A DNA stretch of 64,000 nt from Cellvibrionales bacterium (GCA_016713115.1 JADJPU010000001.1:923762-987761), one strand, 5' to 3'. Counted from the stretch's first letter, positions 49,376 through 60,154 are shown. Made by a program: numbers and translations. The notes: a model not told the origin generated them from the letters alone.

Positions 49376-51715
49376 TTATTGTCGGGCAGACTGCAGGTGC
49401 TGGGCCAATGCCGATTGCAGCGCCTGTTTCAAACTTTTTCCGCTGAGCGGTTTGTACAGTGCGCGTTGAATACCGACATTTTCTAGCGCTTGTTTGCTCG
49501 GCGCGCGGCTCACACCCGTCAGCATCATCATGATCATTTTTTTGCTGTTGATCTTTTGATCTTCACGAATATGCGCCGCAACTTCCAAACCATTCATCAT
49601 CGGCATTTCAAAGTCAATTAACGCAATATCAAACAACTCATCGGTATTGGTATGTGAACGCAAAATCGCCAATGCTTCTGTGCCGCCATGCGCGGACTGG
49701 ACAATCATGCCCCACTGCGTGGCTTGCTGCTCAACAATGGAACAATAGGTCACATTGTCATCCACAATTAACAAACGCCGTCCCTGTAGCGACAAAGCAT
49801 CCTCTGTTGGATGTGCCGGACTGGAATGTACATCCAACGGCAAACTGAACTCAATAATTGCGCCACCATTAGCGAACAATTGCATGTTGAATTTTCCACC
49901 CATCAGATACAAATATTGCTCTGCAATAGTTAAATTGAGGTTATCACTGGAGTGCAGTTCTCGCGTGCGGGCAGCATGATGACGATCCATTAATGTGTTC
50001 TGGTCGGAGTGAATTTCAAACAAAATTTGATTGTCCTCCACAGTCTTCGCACTCAGCACCACTTCGCCTTGCTCAACATTGCGCAGTGCAAATTGCAGCA
50101 AATTAACAATGACATGCTGTATTTTTTCCTGATCGCCTTTTACGAAACCAACAATACTGCTGTCGATATGATAAATAAGCTCGACCTTGCCAACTTCAGC
50201 GCGACCACGGCAGTTTTCAACGCATGATTCAATCAATCCCGTCAACTCAAAAGGCGCACTATTCACATCCACATTGCCGCGCTCAATGGAAGATAAATCC
50301 GACAATCTGTTTGTAACATCCAACAACATTAAGCCAGAGTTATGGATGGTTTTTATTTGGTTGCGTTGTTGATCGGTCATATTGCCGGACATCAACAAAT
50401 CAGCCATTCCCAACACCCCGCTGATCGGTGTGCGCAATTCATGACAAATATCTGACAGATTGACCAATGTGCGAACTTCGATTTTCTTTTCCTCAACTGC
50501 AGGAGACCGCTCCGCCTTATCACGCAGCCTTTCAGCACGGTACGCCATTGTAGAAATGAACATTACCAGCGTTTCAAAAATAATGGTCGCCGCCACACCC
50601 CAAGAAGAAAAGGCTCCCTGCGGCAACAAGCCATTCACATTAAAAATAGCGATTAATGCTACGCAGGCCGTTATCGCACGTACCACAATAAAATGGCGCG
50701 CCAACACATATTCCTCCATGTTGGCATGCAATGCGACGCCAAAAATAAAAATTACACCAAATGAGGCAAGAACAGAGGCCATCACCGCACTGATATGTGG
50801 CGGAATAAACCAATTGACAATAGCTCCGATCAAATTCAGTACAGCAACCGTTGTGAGCACATGGTGCTGCCACGGCACGCGTTTGCGCGTTTTCATCAAA
50901 CTCTGCACATACAGCGAGCCAAACACCCCCACTAAAAAAACAGGGGTTGTGATTTGATGATCCAGCAACACTTCACTACTATCAAACCATGGCAACCAAT
51001 AGCCGTGCCATGCCATCTGAATAGCTGCCATGGACAACAAAACAAAACCATTCCACAAAAACGCACGGAATCGATAAACAGCGAAAGCACCAAAATGCAC
51101 CAACGCCAAAAATAACAGTCCGCCCAGCAGAAAACCCTGCCACCATTCCTGTTGACTCACTGTTGTAATGTATTCATGCGGCGTGCTGAGTAGCAGCTGT
51201 ACATTGACCGCTTTGTCAGACTCCACGCGCACAAAATAGGTATAGGCCGCGTGCCCAGCAATATCCAAATTAAACAAACTGATGGGATAGTTGTATGCGC
51301 GATCCGTGTACGGTGTGGCTGATCCTAATTTGCTGTGTTTGTGCAGCTGTCCTGTTTGCGAGTCGATAACATAGAGATCGACATAATCGATATCAGCGGG
51401 CGAAGCTTCCAGAATGAAGCGCATTTCTTCGTCGCGCTGATTTTCTATCGTAAAGCGCAACCAATACGCCGAGGTGGTGTAACCGAAATACAACTCCGCC
51501 ATAGACGCTGGCGAAAACTGATACGCATAGCGATCAGAAACCACATCATCAATGGTGAGGTCGCCACTTTTATCTTCCAGCACATCAATATAAGGCGATA
51601 GCGGCAACCGCACCGCATCGCTGTTAATTTCCACCAGCGGCGCCGCGATCAACGATTGAGAAAACAACATCCAAACAACAACTGCAAACCACGGTATGCA
51701 ATGTTTCATAGCCAT
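49376..51715 (-). CDS. hybrid sensor histidine kinase/response regulator with periplasmic domain + 7 TM (7TMR-DISM, LadS/RetS-like architecture)
   Basis: Signal peptide (…VVVWMLFSQSLIAAPL), a ~160-aa periplasmic domain, seven hydrophobic segments, H-box ICHELRTPISGVLG, a degenerate CA domain, and a receiver (LLIVDDN...ALIDFEMPMMNG...YKPLS). Start chosen at ATG 51715; the track ORF extends to 51799 and overlaps purD. Confidence 0.8.
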   Translation of the reverse strand: MAMKHCIPWFAVVVWMLFSQSLIAAPLVEINSDAVRLPLSPYIDVLEDKSGDLTIDDVVSDRYAYQFSPASMAELYFGYTTSAYWLRFTIENQRDEEMRFILEASPADIDYVDLYVIDSQTGQLHKHSKLGSATPYTDRAYNYPISLFNLDIAGHAAYTYFVRVESDKAVNVQLLLSTPHEYITTVSQQEWWQGFLLGGLLFLALVHFGAFAVYRFRAFLWNGFVLLSMAAIQMAWHGYWLPWFDSSEVLLDHQITTPVFLVGVFGSLYVQSLMKTRKRVPWQHHVLTTVAVLNLIGAIVNWFIPPHISAVMASVLASFGVIFIFGVALHANMEEYVLARHFIVVRAITACVALIAIFNVNGLLPQGAFSSWGVAATIIFETLVMFISTMAYRAERLRDKAERSPAVEEKKIEVRTLVNLSDICHELRTPISGVLGMADLLMSGNMTDQQRNQIKTIHNSGLMLLDVTNRLSDLSSIERGNVDVNSAPFELTGLIESCVENCRGRAEVGKVELIYHIDSSIVGFVKGDQEKIQHVIVNLLQFALRNVEQGEVVLSAKTVEDNQILFEIHSDQNTLMDRHHAARTRELHSSDNLNLTIAEQYLYLMGGKFNMQLFANGGAIIEFSLPLDVHSSPAHPTEDALSLQGRRLLIVDDNVTYCSIVEQQATQWGMIVQSAHGGTEALAILRSHTNTDELFDIALIDFEMPMMNGLEVAAHIREDQKINSKKMIMMMLTGVSRAPSKQALENVGIQRALYKPLSGKSLKQALQSALAQHLQSARQ

Positions 51716-51752
51716 ATCCGGCAAGGCCGCTCCTTGATGAATTCCTGTTTCG

Positions 51753-53045
51753 TCAGACCTCAGTGCTTGCGCGTTCGCGCGCAATCGCACGCCAACCAAT
51801 ATCCCTGCGCATGAACATGCCGTCCCAACGAATCCCGTCTGCCAGATGGTACGCAGTCTGCTGCGCCTCGGCTACTGTTTGTCCCAAAGCCGTGGCACAC
51901 AATACGCGGCCACCCTGTGTGACCACCGCGCCGTCTTTCATTGCCGTACCGGCATGAAAGACCTTGGCGTTCGCCACCGCAGTAGCCAAACCTTGGATCA
52001 CTGCGCCTTTAGCCACATCGCCCGGATAACCACCCGCAGCCAATACTACGCCCAATGCAGGGCGTGGATCCCATTCCGCCTGTGCTTTATCCAGCTGCCC
52101 TGCCAATGCTTGTTCTACCAAAACCGGCAATGAGGTTTGCAAGCGCAACATGATCGGCTGGGTTTCTGGGTCGCCAAAACGGCAATTGAATTCGATCACT
52201 TTCGGCGCGCCGCTGTCATCAATCATCAAGCCTGCGTATAAAAAGCCGGTGTAAGTGTGGCCTTCTGCCGCCATACCACGCACGGTGGGTTCGATTACTT
52301 CGCGCATCACACGCTCATGCACAGCAGGCGTAACCACGGGCGCTGGCGAATAAGCGCCCATGCCGCCGGTGTTGAGGCCGGTATCGCCCTCGCCTACGCG
52401 TTTGTGATCTTGACTGGTCGCCATCGGCAGTGCCGTTTTGCCATCCACCATCACAATAAAACTGGCCTCTTCGCCGGCGAGAAACTCTTCCACCACCACG
52501 CGCGCGCCGGCAGTGCCAAATTTGTTGTCAGCCAACATATCGCGCACCGCGTCTTCAGCTTCTGCCAGCGACATTGCCACAATCACGCCTTTGCCCGCCG
52601 CCAAACCATCAGCTTTGATAACAATCGGCGCGCCCTTTTCGCGCACATAGGCTAGCGCAGCATCCACTTCCGTAAACACCGCATAAAACGCCGTGGGAAT
52701 GTTATGGCGCGCGAGAAAATCTTTGGCAAAGGCTTTGGAGCCTTCCAATTGCGCAGCGTATTGCGTAGGGCCAAAAATTTTTAATCCGGCTGCACTAAAC
52801 GCATCCACCACGCCATTTACCAGCGGCGCTTCTGGACCAACGATCGTGAGATCCACATTCTCTTTGGCAAACGCAAGTAATGCATTGTTATCCAAAATAT
52901 TCAACGCAATATTTTCACATTTGTTTTCTGTGGCGGTACCCGCATTGCCCGGCGCAACAAACACTTTTGTGATGCGCGCATCTTGCGCACATTTCCACGC
53001 CAGCGCGTGTTCGCGGCCACCAGAGCCAAGAATTAAAATTTTCAT
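51753..53045 (-). CDS. purD: phosphoribosylamine--glycine ligase
   Basis: MKILILGSGGREHALAWK..., an ATP-grasp core, 430 aa. Confidence 0.95.
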   Translation of the reverse strand: MKILILGSGGREHALAWKCAQDARITKVFVAPGNAGTATENKCENIALNILDNNALLAFAKENVDLTIVGPEAPLVNGVVDAFSAAGLKIFGPTQYAAQLEGSKAFAKDFLARHNIPTAFYAVFTEVDAALAYVREKGAPIVIKADGLAAGKGVIVAMSLAEAEDAVRDMLADNKFGTAGARVVVEEFLAGEEASFIVMVDGKTALPMATSQDHKRVGEGDTGLNTGGMGAYSPAPVVTPAVHERVMREVIEPTVRGMAAEGHTYTGFLYAGLMIDDSGAPKVIEFNCRFGDPETQPIMLRLQTSLPVLVEQALAGQLDKAQAEWDPRPALGVVLAAGGYPGDVAKGAVIQGLATAVANAKVFHAGTAMKDGAVVTQGGRVLCATALGQTVAEAQQTAYHLADGIRWDGMFMRRDIGWRAIARERASTEV

Positions 53046-53057
53046 TTTTCTATTCCA

Positions 53058-54629
53058 TCAATGTCTAAAGTGACGCATGCCGGTAAACACCATCGCCATG
53101 CCGTGTTCATCGGCAGCGGCGATAACTTCTTCATCGCGCATGGAACCACCTGGTTGAATCACGCAACTAATACCCACTTTGGCGGCGTTGTCGATGCCAT
53201 CGCGAAAAGGGAAAAACGCATCCGATGCCATCACCGCGCCTTGCACAACCAAGCCTGCGTGTTCAGCTTTAATGGCCGCGATACGCGCTGAATTAACGCG
53301 GCTCATCTGCCCTGCACCGATGCCGATGGTTTGGCGATTTTTTGCATAGATAATCGCATTGGACTTCACATATTTCGCCACTTTCCACGCAAAAATGAGA
53401 TCGTGAATTTCTGTTTCAGTCGGCGCGCGTTTGGTCACCACTTTCAAATCGCTGTCTTTGATCATGCCGATATCGAGGTTCTGCACCAGCAGACCGCCAT
53501 TGACGCGCTTCCAATCCATTTGTTCGATGCGATGGCTAGGCAACTCACCACACACCAACACACGCACATTTTGTTTGGCTGCCAAAACTGCCAAGGCGTT
53601 TTCTGCAACGGACGGCGCGATAATCACTTCAACAAATTGACGATCCACAATCACTTTTGCCGTCGCCGCATCCAACTCGCGATTAAACGCAATGATGCCG
53701 CCGAAAGCGGATTCGGGATCGGTAGCGTAAGCTAAATCATAAGCTGCACCTATGCCGTCTAAAGACACCGCCGCGCCGCAGGGGTTAGCATGCTTCACAA
53801 TTACGCAGGCAGGTTTCACAAAACTTTTTACGCATTCCAGTGCGGCATCGGTGTCGGCAATATTGTTGTAAGACAGCTCCTTGCCTTGCAGTTGTTTTGC
53901 CGAGGCAATACTGACTTCACGCGGCGTAGCTTCCACATAAAACGCCGCTGCTTGATGTGGATTTTCGCCATAACGCAAATCCTGCGCTTTGATCAACTGC
54001 GTGTTGAAGGTGCGCGGAAATTTTTCTACATCATCATTCACACGCGCGCCGAGATAATTGGCGATCATGCCATCATATTGTGCCGTATGCTCAAATGCTT
54101 TCACCGCCAAATCAAAACGCAATGCGTGCGTCAGACCTTTATCCGCATCCAAAGAAACCAGCACACGCGCGTAATCACCGCTGTTCACCACAATGCCAAC
54201 ATGCGCGTGATTTTTCGCTGCCGCGCGCACCATGGTTGGGCCGCCGATATCGATATTTTCAATGGCGTCGTCTAGCGAACAATCTGGCTTGGCTACGGTT
54301 TGCGCAAAGGGATACAAGTTCACCACCACTAAATCAATCGGGGCGATACCGTGTTCTTGCATCACCGCATCATCCTGCCCGCGTCTACCGAGTATGCCGC
54401 CGTGAATTTTGGGGTGTAGAGTTTTTACGCGGCCGTCCATCATTTCAGGAAACTGCGTGTGTTCCGACACTTCTGTCACTGCAATGTTGTTGTCGCGCAG
54501 CAAGCGGTAGGTGCCGCCGGTAGATAGCAACACCACACCACGCGCTGCCAATCCTTGCGCAAATTCAACAATACCTGTTTTATCGGAAACAGAAATCAGT
54601 GCACGACGAACAGGAGTGACTGCTGACAT
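53058..54629 (-). CDS. purH: bifunctional AICAR transformylase/IMP cyclohydrolase
   Basis: [40 protein letters not shown]... is collinear with E. coli PurH. Start at the internal ATG 54629. Confidence 0.95.
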   Translation of the reverse strand: MSAVTPVRRALISVSDKTGIVEFAQGLAARGVVLLSTGGTYRLLRDNNIAVTEVSEHTQFPEMMDGRVKTLHPKIHGGILGRRGQDDAVMQEHGIAPIDLVVVNLYPFAQTVAKPDCSLDDAIENIDIGGPTMVRAAAKNHAHVGIVVNSGDYARVLVSLDADKGLTHALRFDLAVKAFEHTAQYDGMIANYLGARVNDDVEKFPRTFNTQLIKAQDLRYGENPHQAAAFYVEATPREVSIASAKQLQGKELSYNNIADTDAALECVKSFVKPACVIVKHANPCGAAVSLDGIGAAYDLAYATDPESAFGGIIAFNRELDAATAKVIVDRQFVEVIIAPSVAENALAVLAAKQNVRVLVCGELPSHRIEQMDWKRVNGGLLVQNLDIGMIKDSDLKVVTKRAPTETEIHDLIFAWKVAKYVKSNAIIYAKNRQTIGIGAGQMSRVNSARIAAIKAEHAGLVVQGAVMASDAFFPFRDGIDNAAKVGISCVIQPGGSMRDEEVIAAADEHGMAMVFTGMRHFRH

Positions 54630-54683
54630 AAATACCTCGATGAACAACTTATAAAAACAAAGAACGCGAATAAAAATGTGAAT

Positions 54684-54705
54684 AAAAAAGGAGGCTCTCG
54701 CCTCC
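54684..54705 (-). terminator. rho-independent terminator after fis
   Basis: On the minus strand, GGAGGC-GAGA-GCCTCC is followed by T6 (plus-strand A6 at 54684-54689), 22 nt downstream of the fis stop. Confidence 0.6.
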
Positions 54706-54726
54706 CTTTGGCTATCTGTTTTTCTC

Positions 54727-55035
54727 CTACAGCATATTGTACTGCTTGAGTTTCTTTCGCAATGTACCGCGATTCAATCCCAGCACTTCTGCGGCGCGCA
54801 ATTGATTATTGCGCGTGTATTCCAGCACAACCTCCAGCAATGGCGCTTCCACTTCTGCCAATACCATTTGGTAAATATCAGAAGCGGGATGTCCATCGAG
54901 ATGGCTAAAATAATTGCGCAGCGCTTGTTCAACACAACAGCGGATAGTCTGCGGATTCAGAGCCACTACCGGCGCACTGGCTTCCGTTACTTCTTCACTT
55001 GTTGGCGCAACCAACTCCATACGCTTACTCAACAT
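54727..55035 (-). CDS. fis: DNA-binding protein Fis
   Basis: ...[68 protein letters not shown] is collinear with E. coli Fis. The alternative start M6 (55020) gives 97 aa. Confidence 0.9.
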   Translation of the reverse strand: MLSKRMELVAPTSEEVTEASAPVVALNPQTIRCCVEQALRNYFSHLDGHPASDIYQMVLAEVEAPLLEVVLEYTRNNQLRAAEVLGLNRGTLRKKLKQYNML

Positions 55036-56425
55036 TACCCGCCACCAACATGCTCCAATTTACCGCTGCGTCACCCGGATTCACGATCTCCAGTGCAACA
55101 TGCACCGGTCTGCCCGGCGGCATTATCGTCTGCCCGCTCAACTCACCTGACAAATATTCCGCCGGTTTGAAACGACGGCTGGCGACGGGCGTTTTCGCCA
55201 GATCACTGAAATAGATATCTAACTCTGGAAAGAGCAGTGGCTGCTCGGTTGCATTCAGCAACATGGCATCAATCACCAAGGCATTAGAAATTTGCGCGTG
55301 TTTTCTCACCACCAAATTTTGAATTTTTATGTAGCGCCAATTTTCTACCACAGGCAACTCGCAGCCAAAAACACTGCAAACCGTCTGCATCATTGGGCGA
55401 CTGGTACTGGTGCGCGCCAAACGCTCAAAATTGAAAAAAGTGTACTGCACCAACAACATCACGCTCAGCAAAGCGATAGCCGAGCCCAACAGTGCGGTTG
55501 TTTTCCAATCTTTTTGCACGCGACCCGCGCGCGTGGACAATAAATCCACCGGCAGCGGGTCAATGTGCGCAATCATTTCTGCGCGATGCCCACCGCGCTG
55601 TGTGCTACCCAATTCGCTGGCGGCAAACGGATCGCGTTGCCCAAAACCGAGATCGCTGCCCGCTGTGTCCTCTACCGGGTTGGCAAAGTCCTGCAGAACA
55701 TCACGCACATCTTCGACACTGTTCAAATCTACTGGTGCCGGTTTTTCCGCGCGGGTTTCCTCTTCTAAAATATCTTTGGCCCACGACTCATCTGCAGCCG
55801 TCGTACGACTGTCGCGCTGTATGCTTTCATCGTCAATAAATTCGCCAATGTCGCTTATGTCAAACGCTTGGTCTTGTATGATTTCTGCCGCCTGCTCATC
55901 AACCACATCGTCGAACACGCTGCCGTAATCATCGTCAGGATCGCCAAAGTTATTTTCATTGATAATGGGTTTGGACGGCGTAATGACAGGTTCATCGTCT
56001 TCTAAAAAAGTGTCATCGCTGATTTTTTCGTCATCGCCAATATCGGCAATTTTTTTCTGCTCAAAGTCACTGGCTGGCAAATCTTTAATCGCCGCACTTA
56101 AATCAAAAGCTTTGCTCGGTCGACCGTTATCGCCCAGCAAGCCATCGTCAGGCGCGACACTTCTCGATGGAGCCTCGCTGTGTGATGCATGGGTTTGCGC
56201 CATGCTTTCCAGCGCGGATTGGTCAAGGCGAAATTTGTTTGATGGTGTGTCTGTAGCAGCCGGCGCGGCCGCAGGCACATTATTGGGGCTGACCCAATGC
56301 TCGCGCGCTTGGAACACCAGCAGACAAGAACCACAGCGCACGGCGCCATTGGCCAATTTCAAATGTTCTTCTGTCACCCGAAACGAGGTATGACACTGAG
56401 GACAGCGGGTCACCATGTTGCTCAT
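55025..56425 (-). CDS. zinc-ribbon (MJ0042-type) protein with an acidic linker, one TM and a DUF3426-like C-terminal domain
   Basis: [40 protein letters not shown], a long D/E-rich region, [23 protein letters not shown], and a beta-rich tail. Start at ATG 56425 (AAGGA 5 nt upstream). Confidence 0.7.
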   Translation of the reverse strand: MSNMVTRCPQCHTSFRVTEEHLKLANGAVRCGSCLLVFQAREHWVSPNNVPAAAPAATDTPSNKFRLDQSALESMAQTHASHSEAPSRSVAPDDGLLGDNGRPSKAFDLSAAIKDLPASDFEQKKIADIGDDEKISDDTFLEDDEPVITPSKPIINENNFGDPDDDYGSVFDDVVDEQAAEIIQDQAFDISDIGEFIDDESIQRDSRTTAADESWAKDILEEETRAEKPAPVDLNSVEDVRDVLQDFANPVEDTAGSDLGFGQRDPFAASELGSTQRGGHRAEMIAHIDPLPVDLLSTRAGRVQKDWKTTALLGSAIALLSVMLLVQYTFFNFERLARTSTSRPMMQTVCSVFGCELPVVENWRYIKIQNLVVRKHAQISNALVIDAMLLNATEQPLLFPELDIYFSDLAKTPVASRRFKPAEYLSGELSGQTIMPPGRPVHVALEIVNPGDAAVNWSMLVAGNVE

Positions 56426-56660
56426 GCGTATCCTTATTTCCCTGTCGTTCTCTGTAAAAGCGTGTAAATTCTGGTTGCGCATAGTGTAGGCAGGTTTGTC
56501 TGCGTTGTATATTTCTTGCACAGCTATTCTGTGAGCAGCTCCACAAACCTACGATATTTGTCGCTTTGATTTATCGCAAGACAAATACAGTCACTGTCTG
56601 GTCGCCATGTATTAGTTTCGGCACAATGCCGCAACACCCATTCCGAAATTGGAGACTTCT

Positions 56661-57872
56661 ATGAGCACAGTTGACTACGATCCCTATTCACACGAAGCCA
56701 TGAAGGATCCGTATCCCTTTTACGCCGCCATGCGTAAAGAGGACAAGCCGCACTTTATGCCCAAATACAACGGCTGGGCGCTGGCGCGTTTCCAGGATAT
56801 TTGGGATGCGAGCAGCAAAGTGGATGACAACTGCACCTTCACCAAAGGTCAAACACCGGGCCAAGTGCTGTTGGGCGAGCCTGTGCCATCTACCTTTATG
56901 ACCATGGACGCACCAGAGCATCGCAAATGGCGCGGCCTGATTCGCCATGAATTTACGCCAGAAGGCGTGAGAGAACAGGAAGCCCGTCTGCGTGCCCTGA
57001 CCCAAGAGCTGTTGGCTCCGCTGCTGAAAAAAGGGCAGTTTGATATCTACAGCGAGCTGGCTAACCGCGTCACTTGTATCAACGCCGGCCACAACCTCGG
57101 GCTGCCACGCGAAGATGCCTAGAAATGGCGCGCGTTGATCGACGACATGCTGCATCGCGAAGAAGGTCAAATAGGTGGCGGTTCTGAGCGCAACCAAGCG
57201 GCGGCAGGCCAACTGTTTGGCTACTTTGGACAGTATGTCTATCAACTGCGCAATGACCCTGCACTGGCACAGCGCTACACCAAGATCTTCTTGGATGCGA
57301 GCGTAGACGGCCGCAGTTTGAGCGACGAAGAGATGATGTTCTACCTGTTCTCGCTGCTAGTCGTCGGCTCAGAAACCACACCGATTACCGTTGCCGGCAC
57401 TTTCTGGAATTTACAGAACAATCCTGAACAAAAAGCGGCTGTATTGGCCGAGGTGAAAACGGGCAAATTTGATCTGGCGCGCAAAGCTTTTCTGGAAACT
57501 GCGCGTTACGACCAACCGACCAACATGCTGGCGCGGGTAGCCAAGCGCGACTTTGAGCTCAATGGCGCTCAGATCAAGGCAGGTCAGCCACTACTGTTCT
57601 TGTACGCCTCGGCCGAGCGCGATGAAACCGTGCACCCGAACCCAGACAAGTTCGATTTGTACCGTCAACCGACTGAAAAGAGTCTGATGTTTGGTCATGG
57701 CGGCCACAAATGCCTCGGCTTGCACTTGGGCGTATTGATGGGTTGCATCCTCGTCGAAGAAATCTTGAAAGCAGCACCGGATTTTGAAGTAGTAGCCGAG
57801 CAGTGCGAACGCCTCTACGGCGAACATTTGTCTGGCTGGGGCAAGGTCGTTATCAAGTTCAAGCCTCACTAA
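56661..57872 (+). pseudogene. cytochrome P450 interrupted by an in-frame TAG (57120-57122)
   Basis: GGAGA lies 5 nt before ATG 56661. Track ORFs 56649..57122 and 57135..57872 are in the same frame and are separated only by TAG. Motifs seen: I-helix LLVVGSETT, ExxR (ETARY), heme loop FGHGGHKCLGLHLG. Confidence 0.85.
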
Positions 57873-57897
57873 AAGTTATTGTTTCACTTGATTGAAA

Positions 57898-57922
57898 AGA
57901 GGCGCCGCAGCGCCTCTTTTTG
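57898..57922 (+). terminator. rho-independent terminator after the P450 gene
   Basis: AGAGGCGC-CGCA-GCGCCTCT followed by TTTTTG. Confidence 0.75.
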
Positions 57923-58000
57923 TTGCAATTTTCTGTGCGCGCTTCTTTCCCAGCCGAGGTCTGTGCCACACTTAACACTCTGTTTTCTTGATGGATCGCT

Positions 58001-58810
58001 ATGTCCACCACGCTGGTCGGATTACTCGCCTGTTTTCTCTACCTTGTCCTTGCCGGCTGGCAGTGGCGCGATTGGCGTTTAGCCGTGCCTACGCCATCCG
58101 GTGTGCAACGCTTGCTGTATCTCCTCGTTTTACTTGCAGCACTCGGTTTGCATGGCTGGAGTGTTTACGCATTGATCGACACACCTGCCGGTTTTAATTT
58201 TTCTTTTTTCCATGTGTCTTCGCTCATTTTTTGGGTCATTTGTGTTGCAGTGCTATTGAGCTGCATTCACCTGCCCTTGCATATGCTGCTACCACCGCTG
58301 TTTGCCTTAACCACCATCGGCGTGTTGTGTTCTATTGCCGTCGAAAGTCCGTACACACCCCACACTCTCAGTTACCCCGTGGCACTGCATATTTTGCTAT
58401 CTATCCTCGCCTACAGCATTCTCACCATTGCCACCATGCAAGCGCTCGCCTTAGCGTTACAAAATCACCTATTGAAGACACGGCAATTGCAAACTGTCAT
58501 GGCGCAACTGCCTCCGCTGCAAACCATGGAGTCTCTGTTATTTCAGATGTTATGGGCGGGTGCCGTGCTGTTAGCGCTGTCTATCGCCAGTGGTGTGTTA
58601 TTTCTGCACGACATACTGGCGCAACATTTGGCGCACAAAATGTTTTTTTCTTTTGCCGCCTTGGTGGTGTACGGCATTCTGTTATGGGGTAGGCACCAAC
58701 ACGGCTGGCGCGGCAAGCAAGCAATACGCTGGACGATAGGTGGCTTTCTGGCTTTGATGACCGCCTATTTCGGCACCAAATTTGTGCTGGAGCTGCTGTT
58801 ACAACTCTGA
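58001..58810 (+). CDS. ypjD: cytochrome c assembly (CcsA)-family inner membrane protein, YpjD-like
   Basis: 269 aa with about 8 TM helices. It is immediately followed by a yfjD homologue, as in E. coli ypjD-yfjD. Confidence 0.65.
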   Translation: MSTTLVGLLACFLYLVLAGWQWRDWRLAVPTPSGVQRLLYLLVLLAALGLHGWSVYALIDTPAGFNFSFFHVSSLIFWVICVAVLLSCIHLPLHMLLPPLFALTTIGVLCSIAVESPYTPHTLSYPVALHILLSILAYSILTIATMQALALALQNHLLKTRQLQTVMAQLPPLQTMESLLFQMLWAGAVLLALSIASGVLFLHDILAQHLAHKMFFSFAALVVYGILLWGRHQHGWRGKQAIRWTIGGFLALMTAYFGTKFVLELLLQL

Positions 58811-58873
58811 CAGTTGCACCGCTGTTCGCATTTCCTGACAATGAAACTCTCTAGTTTCTAAAAAGGTTTTCTC

Positions 58874-60154
58874 TTGGACGACATTTCCATCGGGCTTTTG
58901 ATCACTGTCTTGGCCTGTCTCACCTTATTGGGTGCATTTTTTTCTGGCGCTGAAACCGGCATCGTTTCCTTGAATCGCTACAAGCTGCGTCATCTGATTA
59001 AAAAAAATCATCGCGCGGCAAAGCTGGTCGATTTTTTGCTGTCGCGCCCCGATCGTTTTTTTGGCATTGTGTTGATCGGCAACAACCTCGCTAATGCCGC
59101 TACGGCCGCCATTGCCGCCATTGTGGTGCAGCGCCTGTACGGCAGCACCGGCGCGGCCATTGCCACCTTTGCCATGACGCTGGTCACCATTATCTTTGCA
59201 GAAATTATTCCCAAAATGTTGGGCGCCTTGTACCCAGAGCGCATCGCCTTTCCCGCCAGTTTTGTGTTGTATCCATTGTTGAAGGTGTTATACCCACTCG
59301 TGTGGCTGACCAACATTGTCTCGAACAGTTTTTTGCGCTTGTTTGGTGTCACGCCAGAAAAAGCCAGCAACGACCAATTGAGTACCGATGAGTTGCGCAC
59401 GGTGGTGCGCGAATCGGGAAAAATTATCTCACCGCGTTATCGCGGCATGTTGCTCAACATTCTCGACCTCGGCCAGATGACTGTACAGGGCATCATGGTG
59501 CCGCGCGCGCAAGTGACGGGCATCGACATGAATCGCAGCGATGCAGAAATTCTCACTCTACTACGCAACACGGAATACACACGGGTGCCGGTTTACCAAG
59601 GTGAGATCAACAACATACTCGGCATACTGCATATGCGACGCATCGGTCGTTTATACGACGACGAGTCCAATGAACGCGATGTGCGCGATTTTATTTTGGC
59701 CAATATGCGCGAACCCTACTTCATCCCAGAAACCACACCACTCAATGTGCAGCTGCTCAATTTCCAAAAAGAAAAACGGCGCATCGGTTTGGTGGTAGAT
59801 GAGTACGGCGATGTGCAGGGCATCGCCACGCTGGAAGATATTCTGGAAGAAATCGTTGGCGAATTCACCACCAACTTTGGCGAGGGTCACAGCGCGTTTG
59901 AACGCTTACCCGACGAACGCTTCCGTATTGATTGCAGTATGAATATTCGCGATATCAACAAACACCTCGACTGGCATTTGCCCATCAAACCGAACAGTGC
60001 GCGCACGCTGAACGGTTTATTTATTGAATACTTAGGTGTAATCCCGATGGGAAACATTTGCTTTACGATCGGGCGTTACTGCTTTGAAACCGAGAGCATT
60101 GCCGACCACAAAATTCAGCGCGTCATTGCGTTCGAGAAAAAATCTGCGCGTTAG
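58874..60154 (+). CDS. yfjD: HlyC/CorC-family transporter (CNNM TM domain + CBS pair + CorC_HlyC), YfjD-like
   Basis: (TTG start) DDISIGLLITVLACLTLLGAFFSGAETGIVSLNRYKLRHL...VLIGNNLAN...FAEIIPK parallels E. coli YfjD. The C-terminus reads ...VDEYGDVQGIATLEDILEEIVGE. Confidence 0.8.
   Translation: MDDISIGLLITVLACLTLLGAFFSGAETGIVSLNRYKLRHLIKKNHRAAKLVDFLLSRPDRFFGIVLIGNNLANAATAAIAAIVVQRLYGSTGAAIATFAMTLVTIIFAEIIPKMLGALYPERIAFPASFVLYPLLKVLYPLVWLTNIVSNSFLRLFGVTPEKASNDQLSTDELRTVVRESGKIISPRYRGMLLNILDLGQMTVQGIMVPRAQVTGIDMNRSDAEILTLLRNTEYTRVPVYQGEINNILGILHMRRIGRLYDDESNERDVRDFILANMREPYFIPETTPLNVQLLNFQKEKRRIGLVVDEYGDVQGIATLEDILEEIVGEFTTNFGEGHSAFERLPDERFRIDCSMNIRDINKHLDWHLPIKPNSARTLNGLFIEYLGVIPMGNICFTIGRYCFETESIADHKIQRVIAFEKKSAR

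Noticed and set aside
57120-57122. The in-frame TAG in the P450 gene as programmed recoding (pyrrolysine-type) or a deliberate split gene.
   Set aside because: Nothing in the window supports a Pyl system, and none is known to me in this kind of bacterium. No second RBS or start lies directly after the stop (the next ATG is 4 codons later, without an SD). A point mutation or base-call error is simpler.
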